From assembly GCA_001543005.1 (NCBI GenBank), contig LFLB01000031.1, positions 2,637-66,636 of the forward strand: a DNA stretch of 64,000 bases, written 5' to 3'. Origin of the DNA: Candidatus Spongiihabitans thiooxidans. GTDB lineage: Bacteria; Pseudomonadota; Gammaproteobacteria; Arenicellales; Poriferihabitantaceae. The position numbers were made by a program, and so were the translations under genes. Under the pieces are notes generated by a model. The model made no database searches. It saw nothing but the letters and a program-made list of their open reading frames with translations, and was not told the DNA's origin. Numbering within the stretch: the stretch's first letter is position 1; each line of letters begins with the position of its first letter. This document shows positions 1-9,084 of this stretch, in pieces.

Positions 1-385
1 ATGGGAATAATCTATCGTGCTGCTTTGCAGTTTCCTGAATATTGGCCAGAATACAGCCGGCCTGAACGGTCATGGTATAGTCCGTTGGATTCACCTCAAC
101 GATCTTGTTCAAACGCTTAAGATTGACAATCAGTTGATCTTTATTGGCGACAGCACCGCCCATGGCGCCGGTATTTCCGCCCTGGGGAACCAGGGTTAGA
201 TTTTGTTGTCCGCAAAACTTGACGATGTCTGATACTTCTTCTGTCGTTTCAGGCAGCACAACTGCCAGGCAATCGCTGGCATATCGCCCACGTGGCTCTT
301 CAGTGTAAATTGTGGATTTCTGTTTATCGGTTATAACGTATTGTTGACCGACAATACGTTCTAAGCCCTTAATTACGTCAGTCAT
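1..385 (-). CDS. FAD-binding (PCMH-type) oxidoreductase, GlcD/D-2-hydroxyacid dehydrogenase-like; N-terminal part only, the rest lies outside the window
   Basis: My reverse-strand translation from the ATG at 385-383 reads MTDVIKGLERIVGQQYVITDK...LAVVLPETTEEVSDIVKFCGQQNLTLVPQGGNTGAMGGAV...TMTVQAGCILANIQ. This is typical of the FAD-binding N-terminus of GlcD-like oxidases. It is absent from the ORF track because it runs off the window. Confidence 0.7.
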   Translation of the reverse strand, partial: MTDVIKGLERIVGQQYVITDKQKSTIYTEEPRGRYASDCLAVVLPETTEEVSDIVKFCGQQNLTLVPQGGNTGAMGGAVANKDQLIVNLKRLNKIVEVNPTDYTMTVQAGCILANIQETAKQHDRLFP

Positions 386-571
386 TGCGATAGTAAGATT
401 TGCAAGCAGGCCGCGCAAATTTGCACGGCCAGATTCGCACTATTGTTGGTTCATTCACTGTTGCGCATCGTTGGAAATTAAATTGCATGGACAAGGAATT
501 ACCGATAATCTTACACCAAACAAATAATATAAGAATGTTGGGAAGTCAATTATTTCAAATTCGGCCTCAGC

Positions 572-595
572 AAAAACGACAATAAAAACGACAAT
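572..595. repeat. 12-bp perfect tandem duplication (aaaaacgacaat x2) immediately upstream of, and overlapping, the DUF192 start codon
   Basis: Read directly from the sequence. Confidence 0.9.
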
Positions 596-1121
596 GAAAA
601 CCGCGATAAAAATTTCTGTCCTGCTTACCGGTATCACCATAGGCATCACGGCTATTTTGTTATTTTTCATCAACGGGTTGGAGACCTCCGCGCAATGCCA
701 GGATTCCATTGAACGCTTGTCGAAAATGCACGTCGAAGAAATATCCCTGCTTAACGATTCCGGAAAGATCATTAAACTTGAATCTCATATCGCCAATGAC
801 AACCGGGAGCGCGCTGATGGTTATCAGCATATATGCGAGGAGGTTATAAATAAAACCAATATCCTGTTCGTCTATTCACAGCCAGTGGGTGGTCGATTTC
901 ATATGCAAAATGTTAGAGTGCCGTTAGACATCGGTTTTTTCGACGGCGCGGGAAAGTTAATTCGAACCATGGTCATGGATACCTACGACGATGGAAATAA
1001 AAGACTTTATCATCCGGGTCAACAATTTCAATATGCCCTTGAGGCGCGTGTTGGATTTTTCAATGAACATAAGTTGTCTGAGGGTAAAGCCCGACTTGTG
1101 GTGCAGTCTGTGAACGACTAA
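594..1121 (+). CDS. DUF192 (COG1430) family protein with an N-terminal signal/anchor
   Basis: The 175-aa ORF has a hydrophobic N-terminus. The segment RFHMQNVRVPLDIGFFDGAGKLIRTMVMD...YALEARVGFF resembles the DUF192 core. Confidence 0.65.
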   Translation: MKTAIKISVLLTGITIGITAILLFFINGLETSAQCQDSIERLSKMHVEEISLLNDSGKIIKLESHIANDNRERADGYQHICEEVINKTNILFVYSQPVGGRFHMQNVRVPLDIGFFDGAGKLIRTMVMDTYDDGNKRLYHPGQQFQYALEARVGFFNEHKLSEGKARLVVQSVND

Positions 1122-1143
1122 CTCGGCCAATAGTATATTGCAT

Positions 1144-3282
1144 ATGAACGACCAGACAGCCGGCAAAAAGGAGAGACCCTATGGGTTGTGGAAAAGCGCT
1201 GTCACCATTGAATCGCTGATTGAGCAAGCATCGACTCCAGCTTATCCGTTTAAAAATAATGGCAAGCTATATTGGTTGGAGGCGCAATCCCGGGAAGATG
1301 GTCGAATCGCGCTAATGCAGAAAAATCTATCCGGGCCATCCGGGCCATCCGGGCAACCGATTTGTATTACCCCTGAGAATTTCAATATCAGAACCGCAGT
1401 CCATGAATATGGTGGACGATGTTTTTGTGTCGTCGATGACAACATTGTTTTTAATAACTATAAAGACGGTAATTTATATTGGCAATCGCTAAAGCCGTCG
1501 CTTACGCGAAAATCAACACCACAACAACTGAGCCGTAACCCAAATCCTCATAACTGTTGTGGATATGCCGATCTGGTTGCTATCGGAAATGGAAAATTTA
1601 TACTGGGAATTATGGAGACGACTCAGAATAATGGACAGAATTGCAATTGCATTGTCGCACTATCACTTGGCATGGGTTCAGAAGGTGATCAAATCATTGA
1701 ATCCGAGCCAATCATTCTCGCCCAGGGTGCAGATTTCTATGCCAATCCGGTCATTTCCAGCGATGGCAAAAAAATCGCCTGGTTTGAGTGGAGTCACCCC
1801 AATATGCCCTGGGATCAAAGTCGCCTGGTGTGTGCCCAACTCAAGGTTGAAAGTCATGCGATTTTCCTTGATGACCGGGAAGTTATTGTCGATGAGCAAA
1901 ATTGTGCGGTGTGCCAACTTGGGTTTTTGGATGACAACAAACTGATATTTGTGAGCGATAGTGATACCTGTGACTACTGGAGTATGTTTCAGTATCACCA
2001 CGGAGAAATTACTCGGTTAACTCATGGCAATGAAGAGTTTGGTGAGGCGCATTGGATATTCGGGCAACGCAGATGGCAGCCGGTCGGCGATGGCATGATC
2101 ATTGCAGTAGCGACCCGGGAGGATCGAGATGTGCTCGTAGCAGTGGATAGCAGCGGCAATAATAGCAATGGCCATAACTGTACGGTACTGGATCAAGAGT
2201 TTTCGGCGTGTAGCCACTTACAGATAGTTGATGCCAGCGAGCTATTATTCATTGCACACTATTCAAACCGTTGCGCTGAAATTGTCAGTTTAAGCATTCC
2301 GTCCGGAGGCATTTGGCAATCGCTCCTGCATTGCTCTAATAAGCTACGTCCAGGTAGCGAAAAGACTTTGCCGGCAGTATTATCGGGCGCTGATTCTGAT
2401 GGTCATGGCCAGGGCCACAGTAAGCCCAGGTTAATTAAATTTCCAACCACAGAGAGGGACGCAGAGAGAGCCACAGAGATAGATATGGCTTATGGCTATT
2501 TCTATCCGCCCTATAACCCGATGTATTGCGCCCCTGAAAACACATTGCCACCGCTAATGATCGTTATCCACGGCGGCCCTACAAGCAGAGCGACCTCAGA
2601 GTATTCGAGTCTGAAACAATATTTTTGCTCCTTGGGATTCGCGCTCCTGGATATCAATCATCGTGGTAGTACTGGACTGGGCAGAAAATACCGGCAATCG
2701 CTGTTGGGGAATTGGGGAGAGTTCGATGCCGACGATATTGCCAGCGCCATTGATTTTGTAAGCAATAAAAAATGGATCGACAAAACGCTTGTGTTTATCC
2801 GTGGTAGCAGTGCCGGAGGGTACGCCGTGCTTCGATCGTTAACCCAATTTCCTCGGCGATTCGCTGGCGGCGCATGTTATTATGGCATTGGAAATTTAGT
2901 TACATTAAGCCAGAGTACCCACAAATTTGAATCGAAATATACCGACCGGCTGGTTGGTGAAAAATTCGATCCGGAAACATCCATGAATCCTGAAAGTCGG
3001 TTTGTGACCCGTTCCCCGGTTTTTCAGATTGATAAGTTGTCCAGCCCGCTTATCTTGTTTCAAGGCGCACAAGACAAGGTTGTTCCACCCGCCTTGTCCC
3101 GTGAGGTGGCTAAGCGACTGAAAACAAAAGGCATAAAACACAGCTATACAGAATATCCAGGAGAGGGACATGGTTTTCGTCAAACTCAAACAAGGGTGGA
3201 CGCATTACGCAAGGAAACCGCATTTTTTGCTAAAGTCATCAGGCGCGCGCAATCCAACCGAAAAAAAGATGATTTTGAATAG
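1144..3282 (+). CDS. S9 family serine peptidase (prolyl oligopeptidase/acylaminoacyl-peptidase-like)
   Basis: The C-terminal alpha/beta-hydrolase region shows HGGP, the nucleophile elbow GSSAGGY, and EGHGF. A long N-terminal beta-propeller-like region precedes it. The ATG at 1144 was chosen over the TTG at 1138. Confidence 0.85.
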   Translation: MNDQTAGKKERPYGLWKSAVTIESLIEQASTPAYPFKNNGKLYWLEAQSREDGRIALMQKNLSGPSGPSGQPICITPENFNIRTAVHEYGGRCFCVVDDNIVFNNYKDGNLYWQSLKPSLTRKSTPQQLSRNPNPHNCCGYADLVAIGNGKFILGIMETTQNNGQNCNCIVALSLGMGSEGDQIIESEPIILAQGADFYANPVISSDGKKIAWFEWSHPNMPWDQSRLVCAQLKVESHAIFLDDREVIVDEQNCAVCQLGFLDDNKLIFVSDSDTCDYWSMFQYHHGEITRLTHGNEEFGEAHWIFGQRRWQPVGDGMIIAVATREDRDVLVAVDSSGNNSNGHNCTVLDQEFSACSHLQIVDASELLFIAHYSNRCAEIVSLSIPSGGIWQSLLHCSNKLRPGSEKTLPAVLSGADSDGHGQGHSKPRLIKFPTTERDAERATEIDMAYGYFYPPYNPMYCAPENTLPPLMIVIHGGPTSRATSEYSSLKQYFCSLGFALLDINHRGSTGLGRKYRQSLLGNWGEFDADDIASAIDFVSNKKWIDKTLVFIRGSSAGGYAVLRSLTQFPRRFAGGACYYGIGNLVTLSQSTHKFESKYTDRLVGEKFDPETSMNPESRFVTRSPVFQIDKLSSPLILFQGAQDKVVPPALSREVAKRLKTKGIKHSYTEYPGEGHGFRQTQTRVDALRKETAFFAKVIRRAQSNRKKDDFE
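1331..1355. repeat. 9-bp in-frame tandem repeat (ccgggccat x2.7) encoding SGPSGPSG in the S9 peptidase
   Basis: Read directly from the sequence. Confidence 0.85.
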
Positions 3283-3447
3283 GTTTGATGCCCCTGATGA
3301 AGATATCGTTGCAGGCGATTTCCCCGGCTTCCGCTGGCATGACCAAAGTTTATGGCGATTATTGTCTCCCTGTATTTTCGCACTATATTTCTCTGTGGGT
3401 AATATGGGATAATGATTAAAATTAATACGCTCTGTTAGAGGACATTC

Positions 3448-5850
3448 ATGGTAACCATTTTAATTCTTTTGTTATTGGTGTTTGGGTTTTTATGGCTAAA
3501 GCTGCCATTTAAAAACTGGCTGATCACGTCCTTGGTTGTACTGTCGGTAACGATGATATTCGGCATTACCAATCTATTCCTGTCGCTGGTATTCATCGTT
3601 ATTTTCTCGGTGATGATGGTGTTGCTGTATTTTTTGCCCGATATCAGAAAGCAGTTTGTCAGCGCCCGACTATTTAGCATGGTAAAGCGGATGATGCCGC
3701 CGATTTCTCAAACAGAACGAGACGCAATCGATGCCGGAACGGTATGGTGGGACGCGGAATTGTTTTCGGGAAATCCAAATTGGAAAGTTTTGTTTAACGC
3801 TAAAACACCCGGGCTCACGAAAGCGGAGCAGGCGTTTATGGATGGCCCGGTTGAACAGCTATGTGCCATGACCGATGATTGGCAGATTACGTACGAGTTG
3901 AATGACCTGCCGGACGCGGTTTGGGACTTTATTAAAAATAATAATTTTTTCGGGCTTAATGCTGCAAAGGAATATGGCGGTTTGGCATTTTCTGCGTATG
4001 CTCAGTCTTGCATCGTGCAAAAACTGGCGACTCGGAGCGGCACCGTTGCAGTGACGGTTATGGTGCCGAATTCCCTCGGCCCTGCAGAGCTGTTGCTGCA
4101 CTATGGCACCGACCAGCAGAAGGCACACTACTTGCCGCGTTTGGCAAGCGGCGAAGAAGTCCCGTGTTTTGGCCTCACTAATCCCTGGGCCGGGTCTGAT
4201 GCCGTGGGTATGCCGGATTGTGGCGTGGTCTGCAAAGGTAAATACAAGGGTAAATCGGTGTTGGGGTTTCGGGTTAATTGGGAAAAACGATATATCACCC
4301 TCGGCCCGGTTGCCACCTTGTTGGGGCTGGCGTTTAAAGCCTACGACCCCGACCATTTATTGGGGCCTGAGCGGGAACTCGGCATTACCTGTGCGCTGGT
4401 GCCGACCAAGACCAAAGGGGTGTTGATTGGAAGACGGCATCTTCCGCTGAATGGGTCGTTCCAAAATGGTCCAAACTGGGGTAAAGATGTATTCATTCCG
4501 ATGCAATGGATTATCGGAGGTCAGGAAAAAGTGGGTCAGGGCTGGCGCATGCTGATGGAATCCCTGGCCGCAGGAAGGGGAATATCGTTGCCGGCGGCAG
4601 CGGCTGGCGCGGCAAAAGTGTCAGCGCGGACCAGTGGCGCCTATGCCCGAATTCGTGAACAATTTGGTATCGAGATCGGCAAGTTTGAAGGCATCGAAGA
4701 AGTGCTCGCTCGAATTGGCGGTCTGACTTATTTGCTGGATAGCGGCAGGATACTGATGACCACGGCCTTGTCATTGGGACAAAAACCGGCGGTGATGTCG
4801 GCTATCGTCAAGCAGCAATGTACGGATTTATCGCGCCGGGTGATAAACGACGCCATGGACCTGCATGGTGGCAAGGGAATCTGTATGGGTCCGGGAAACT
4901 ATTTGGCTAGAATTTACCAACAAATTCCGATTGGAATTACCGTCGAAGGCGCCAATATTTTAACCCGCAGCTTGATCATATTTGGACAGGGCGCGATGCG
5001 CTGCCATCCGTATTTACTGAAAGAGATTCAAGCGGTATCCATGCCGGATGCGGCCGAGGGTCTTGAGCAATTTGATGAAGCCATAGTCGGTCATATCGAA
5101 CATATAACGAGTAATAAAATGCGCTCTTTTGGCTATGGGCTAAGCCGTGGTTGGTTGGCGAAAGGGAGCGGTCAAGGCTTGATTAAAAAGCATTCTCGAA
5201 CCATTGAGCACTTGAGTGCCGGTTTTGCCTGGCTCGCCGACATAACCCTGTTTTCGTTGGGGGGAGACTTGAAACGAAAAGAAATGTTATCCGGAAGATT
5301 CGCCGATGTCATGAGCAATCTCTATTTGGCATCCGCGGCCTTGAAACGATTCAAGGACACTGGTGAACCGGAAAACGATGCGCCATTGGCAGACTGGGCC
5401 TGCCAATACGCTTTATATCAGGCGCAACAGGCATTAGACGGCATATTGCGTAATTATCCCAATCGGACTTTTGGACGACTACTGAGATTAGTTGTTTTTC
5501 CTGGCGGTCGGTATTTGCATATGCCGGCAGACACGCTTTCCCATGCCGTATCAGATTTGTTACAAACGCCGGGGGGTGCGCGAGACCGACTGACCCAGGA
5601 TATGTATATCTCAACCGACACGGATGATATTATTGCTCAACTTGAGTCCGCATTTGAATTGATGGTGGAAACCAGGGATTTACGCAAGCGATTAAAAAAA
5701 TCCGCGCAAGAGCCGACCGAAACACAAAACTACACCGATTGGCTGAAACAATTAGTGAAACAAAAAGTCATTACCAAAGAGGAATCGTCATTACTGAGTC
5801 AAACCCGCACCATGGTCAGAAAAGTGATTGATGTTGATGACTTTGATTGA
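3448..5850 (+). CDS. fadE: Large acyl-CoA dehydrogenase, FadE type
   Basis: 800 aa with an N-terminal membrane-like segment followed by MMPPISQTERDAIDAGTVWWDAELFSGNPNW. This is colinear with enterobacterial FadE, and acyl-CoA dehydrogenase core motifs follow. Confidence 0.9.
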   Translation: MVTILILLLLVFGFLWLKLPFKNWLITSLVVLSVTMIFGITNLFLSLVFIVIFSVMMVLLYFLPDIRKQFVSARLFSMVKRMMPPISQTERDAIDAGTVWWDAELFSGNPNWKVLFNAKTPGLTKAEQAFMDGPVEQLCAMTDDWQITYELNDLPDAVWDFIKNNNFFGLNAAKEYGGLAFSAYAQSCIVQKLATRSGTVAVTVMVPNSLGPAELLLHYGTDQQKAHYLPRLASGEEVPCFGLTNPWAGSDAVGMPDCGVVCKGKYKGKSVLGFRVNWEKRYITLGPVATLLGLAFKAYDPDHLLGPERELGITCALVPTKTKGVLIGRRHLPLNGSFQNGPNWGKDVFIPMQWIIGGQEKVGQGWRMLMESLAAGRGISLPAAAAGAAKVSARTSGAYARIREQFGIEIGKFEGIEEVLARIGGLTYLLDSGRILMTTALSLGQKPAVMSAIVKQQCTDLSRRVINDAMDLHGGKGICMGPGNYLARIYQQIPIGITVEGANILTRSLIIFGQGAMRCHPYLLKEIQAVSMPDAAEGLEQFDEAIVGHIEHITSNKMRSFGYGLSRGWLAKGSGQGLIKKHSRTIEHLSAGFAWLADITLFSLGGDLKRKEMLSGRFADVMSNLYLASAALKRFKDTGEPENDAPLADWACQYALYQAQQALDGILRNYPNRTFGRLLRLVVFPGGRYLHMPADTLSHAVSDLLQTPGGARDRLTQDMYISTDTDDIIAQLESAFELMVETRDLRKRLKKSAQEPTETQNYTDWLKQLVKQKVITKEESSLLSQTRTMVRKVIDVDDFD

Positions 5851-5968
5851 AGAAAATTCACTATTGCCACAACATTTATTTTTCAGGATGTGGAATAGCA
5901 CGAGTCGGAAACCAATTCGAGAAGCCCCATTCGGGTTTGGATTTTTTAGTTAATTATTTTGTGAGGAA

Positions 5969-6973
5969 ATGAGAATGAGTCAAATTAAGAGATTTTGGTG
6001 TCGTATGATGCAAGTCGCCCTGATCGTGGGATTCGGCGTTGCCGCCAGTCTGCTTTGGAACCCGGTGCAAGCGGCGGAAATTGAAAAAATTCACTTTCTG
6101 ATTCCGGGAGGGGCTGGAGGCGGATGGGATGGAACAGCTCGCGGGACCGGGGAAGCGTTGACCAAATCCGGGCTACTGAAGCATGCGTCTTACGAAAACA
6201 TGTCCGGTGGCGGCGGAGGAAAAGCCATTGCCCACATGATTGAAACCGCGGAACGACAAAAAGGAACGCTGATGGTGAACTCCACCCCGATTGTGGTGCG
6301 TTCCATCACCAAAGTGTTTCCGTATTCGTTTCGTGATTTGACCCCGATTGCAGGCATTATCGCGGATTCCGCTGTTTTTGTCGTTCAGGTGGATTCCAAG
6401 TTTCAATCCTGGAAGGATGTGGTTGCCGCTTTTAAATCAGATTCAAAAAAAGTTAAAATAGGCGGCGGTTCCGTGCCTGGAGATTTGGATCATATTGCCG
6501 TCGCTTTAGCCATCCAGGCAGCCGGTGAAAATCCTAAAAAAGTCAAATATGTCCCTTATGACGCCGGCGGGAAGGCGATGGCAGGGTTGTTATCTGGTGA
6601 AATCAATGTGTTGTCTACTGGATTTGGCGAAGCATTGGAGTTAGCCAAGTCTGGACAAATTCGCATTCTGGCAATCACTTCCGCCACTCGTTCTAAAGAC
6701 GCTCCGAATGTCCCCACTGTGAAAGAATTGGGATATGACATGACCTTTGCTAACTGGCGTGGGTTTTTCGGTGCGCCGGGGCTATCCTACAAAGAGGCTC
6801 AGGCCTATGCCAGTTTGCTCCGCGACATGTACGCAACTTCGGAATGGGAAACCGTTCGTGCCCGCAGAGGCTGGACCAATCAGTATGTGCCTGGATTCCA
6901 ATTCTATCGTTTTCTGGAAGAACAGGAAGAAGCGATTGGCAGCATGTTGAGGGAATTAGGGTTTTTGCAATAA
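5969..6973 (+). CDS. tctC: Tripartite tricarboxylate transporter substrate-binding protein (Bug/TctC family)
   Basis: 334 aa with a signal peptide. It sits directly upstream of TctB- and TctA-like genes and looks Bug-family throughout. Confidence 0.8.
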   Translation: MRMSQIKRFWCRMMQVALIVGFGVAASLLWNPVQAAEIEKIHFLIPGGAGGGWDGTARGTGEALTKSGLLKHASYENMSGGGGGKAIAHMIETAERQKGTLMVNSTPIVVRSITKVFPYSFRDLTPIAGIIADSAVFVVQVDSKFQSWKDVVAAFKSDSKKVKIGGGSVPGDLDHIAVALAIQAAGENPKKVKYVPYDAGGKAMAGLLSGEINVLSTGFGEALELAKSGQIRILAITSATRSKDAPNVPTVKELGYDMTFANWRGFFGAPGLSYKEAQAYASLLRDMYATSEWETVRARRGWTNQYVPGFQFYRFLEEQEEAIGSMLRELGFLQ

Positions 6974-7016
6974 ACATATCGCTTCTGGGGGCGCGTAGCA
7001 GACCACGAAAGGCGCA

Positions 7017-7526
7017 ATGAATTTTAGCCGGATTCGTAAAGCCCATGTTCATAAGGACAAGGTCGGCGCCTTAATATTTCTGATCTTTTCCGTTGCGTAT
7101 GGCGTGTCTTCCCAGGATATTGAGATTCCTTTCTTTGCGGAAGAAGATGCCTTTAATTCGCGAACCTTGCCCATCGCATTGGCAATTTTGGGAGGGGTAA
7201 CCGCCTTGTTGTTGTTGATTTTGCCGTCTTCTTCTTCTGAAAAAGAAGCCAGCATCGGGCAAGCATTTCGTGGTCTGTACTGGAAAGAAGTGATTTTGCT
7301 GTTGATTTTGATGGTCGTTTATGGATTGACCATCAAAGTCGTCGGTTTCATTGTCTCTACCACTCTTTTCCTGGCATTGGGGTTTTGGGTTTTAGGAGAA
7401 AGACGAATCAAAGTGATCTTGTTGACGTCGGTTCCTCTGGTGCTCATCTTTTGGTATATCCTGAGCCAATTGTTGGATATCTATATTGATCCGGGAAGTT
7501 TTTTCCATTTTCTGGGGGGAGTGTGA
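7017..7526 (+). CDS. tctB: Tripartite tricarboxylate transporter small membrane subunit, TctB family
   Basis: 169 aa with 4 hydrophobic segments. It lies between tctC and tctA, with a 4-bp overlap with tctA. Confidence 0.7.
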   Translation: MNFSRIRKAHVHKDKVGALIFLIFSVAYGVSSQDIEIPFFAEEDAFNSRTLPIALAILGGVTALLLLILPSSSSEKEASIGQAFRGLYWKEVILLLILMVVYGLTIKVVGFIVSTTLFLALGFWVLGERRIKVILLTSVPLVLIFWYILSQLLDIYIDPGSFFHFLGGV

Positions 7527-9031
7527 TGTTAGAAGGAATTCTTGCCGGATTAGCGACTACTTTTTTACCCATCAACTTGTTCCTGGTGTTGGTCGGATGT
7601 TTTGCCGGAACCTTCATTGGGATGTTACCAGGGCTGGGGCCAATTTCCGCCATTGCTTTGATGATCCCCATTACTTATGGGTTTGACCCGGCCTCCGGGA
7701 TGATTCTAATGGCCGGGGTGTATTATGGCGCGATTTTCGGCGGTTCCACTTCCTCCATTCTGCTCAATGCTCCGGGAGTCGCCGGAACCGTCGCCACCGC
7801 GTTTGACGGCTATCCGCTTGCCCAACAAGGAAAAGCCGGAAAAGCTTTAGCACTGGCTGCATATTCTTCTTTTGCAGGTGGGACGATTGCTGCTATTTTT
7901 TTGTTGGTTGCCGCTCCGACTCTGGCTTCAGTTTCGTTAAGTTTCCAATCTTCGGATTACTTTGCCTTGATGGTGCTGGGGTTGACCGCCGTGTCTGCTT
8001 TTGCAGGCAAGGGCGGATTCCTGAAGGCGATACTGATGACGGTGTTGGGTTTGATGCTGTCAACCGTGGGCACGGATGCATCCGCCGGCATTCAACGGTT
8101 CACCTTTGGGCGCGTGGATTTGATTGACGGAGTCAGTTTTCTTCTGTTAGCGATGGCTACATTTGCTTTATCCGAAGCCTTGATGGTGATTCTCAAAAGA
8201 ACAAAAATCTCGAAAAAAGCGCAACAAGCGACTCAATGGAATCTTGGCAGTCTGAAAGTATCCAGGCAAGAATTCAAAGAAATTACGCCCACGATTGCAC
8301 GCTCTTCGGTGCTGGGGTTTTTTGTTGGGGTTTTGCCCGGGGCCGGCGCGACGATTGCGTCTTTTCTCGCCTATGGAATGGAAAGAAATTTAGCCAAAGA
8401 TCAAGATAAAGCTCAATTTGGGAAGGGGAGCCTCAAAGGGTTGGTTGCGCCTGAAACCGCGAACAACGCTGCCTGTTCAGGTTCTTTTGTGCCGTTACTG
8501 ACGTTGGGAATTCCCGGTTCCGGAACCACAGCGGTGATGCTGGGCGCTTTGCTGTCTTATGGAATTCAGCCCGGCCCACGGTTGTTTGTGGAACAGCCGC
8601 AAGTGTTTTGGTCGGTGATTATATCCATGTATATCGGCAATATCATTTTGCTGATTTTGAACCTGCCATTGATCCCTTACATCGCCAAATTATTGATGTT
8701 GCCCAAGCAGCTTCTGACTCCGCTGATTTTGTTTTTTTCGCTGATTGGCGTATACTTGGTATCGTTCAATCCGTTTGACATCCAGATGATGATCTTTTTT
8801 GCGATTGCGGCATTGCTCCTGAGAATACTGGATTTTCCGATGGCGCCGATGTTACTGGGATTCGTTTTAGGGGGAATGATGGAAGAGAATCTCAGACGGG
8901 CATTGTTGATCAATGATGGTTCGTTTTCTTTTCTATGGGAGCGTCCAATCACTTTATCGATTCTGGTCATCATCGTGCTGACGTTCCTCGCCCCGGTGGT
9001 GTCTTACTTCAAACCGGCGGTGCCCGATTAG
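7523..9031 (+). CDS. tctA: Tripartite tricarboxylate transporter permease, TctA family
   Basis: 502-aa polytopic protein. The motifs GMLPGLGP and VGVLPGAGATIASFLAYG are typical of TctA. Confidence 0.9.
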   Translation: MMLEGILAGLATTFLPINLFLVLVGCFAGTFIGMLPGLGPISAIALMIPITYGFDPASGMILMAGVYYGAIFGGSTSSILLNAPGVAGTVATAFDGYPLAQQGKAGKALALAAYSSFAGGTIAAIFLLVAAPTLASVSLSFQSSDYFALMVLGLTAVSAFAGKGGFLKAILMTVLGLMLSTVGTDASAGIQRFTFGRVDLIDGVSFLLLAMATFALSEALMVILKRTKISKKAQQATQWNLGSLKVSRQEFKEITPTIARSSVLGFFVGVLPGAGATIASFLAYGMERNLAKDQDKAQFGKGSLKGLVAPETANNAACSGSFVPLLTLGIPGSGTTAVMLGALLSYGIQPGPRLFVEQPQVFWSVIISMYIGNIILLILNLPLIPYIAKLLMLPKQLLTPLILFFSLIGVYLVSFNPFDIQMMIFFAIAALLLRILDFPMAPMLLGFVLGGMMEENLRRALLINDGSFSFLWERPITLSILVIIVLTFLAPVVSYFKPAVPD

Positions 9032-9084
9032 CGGCACGGCGCGGAATTAATCAGTCCAAAATTGATCGTTGTCAGGTTGTAATT

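Noticed and set aside
455-772. A 105-aa minus-strand ORF overlapping the DUF192 gene start.
   Set aside because: It is antisense to a better-supported gene, and its translation is dominated by repeat-derived VFIVVFIVVF.
5851-5968. A possible terminator after fadE (AAACC...GGTTT followed by a T-run near 5935-5950).
   Set aside because: The stem is only ~5 bp with a long irregular loop, which is not convincing by eye.
8935-9084. A 50-codon N-terminal extension of the acyl-CoA ligase ORF.
   Set aside because: It overlaps the 3' end of tctA by ~100 bp. The conserved ligase sequence begins after ATG 9085.
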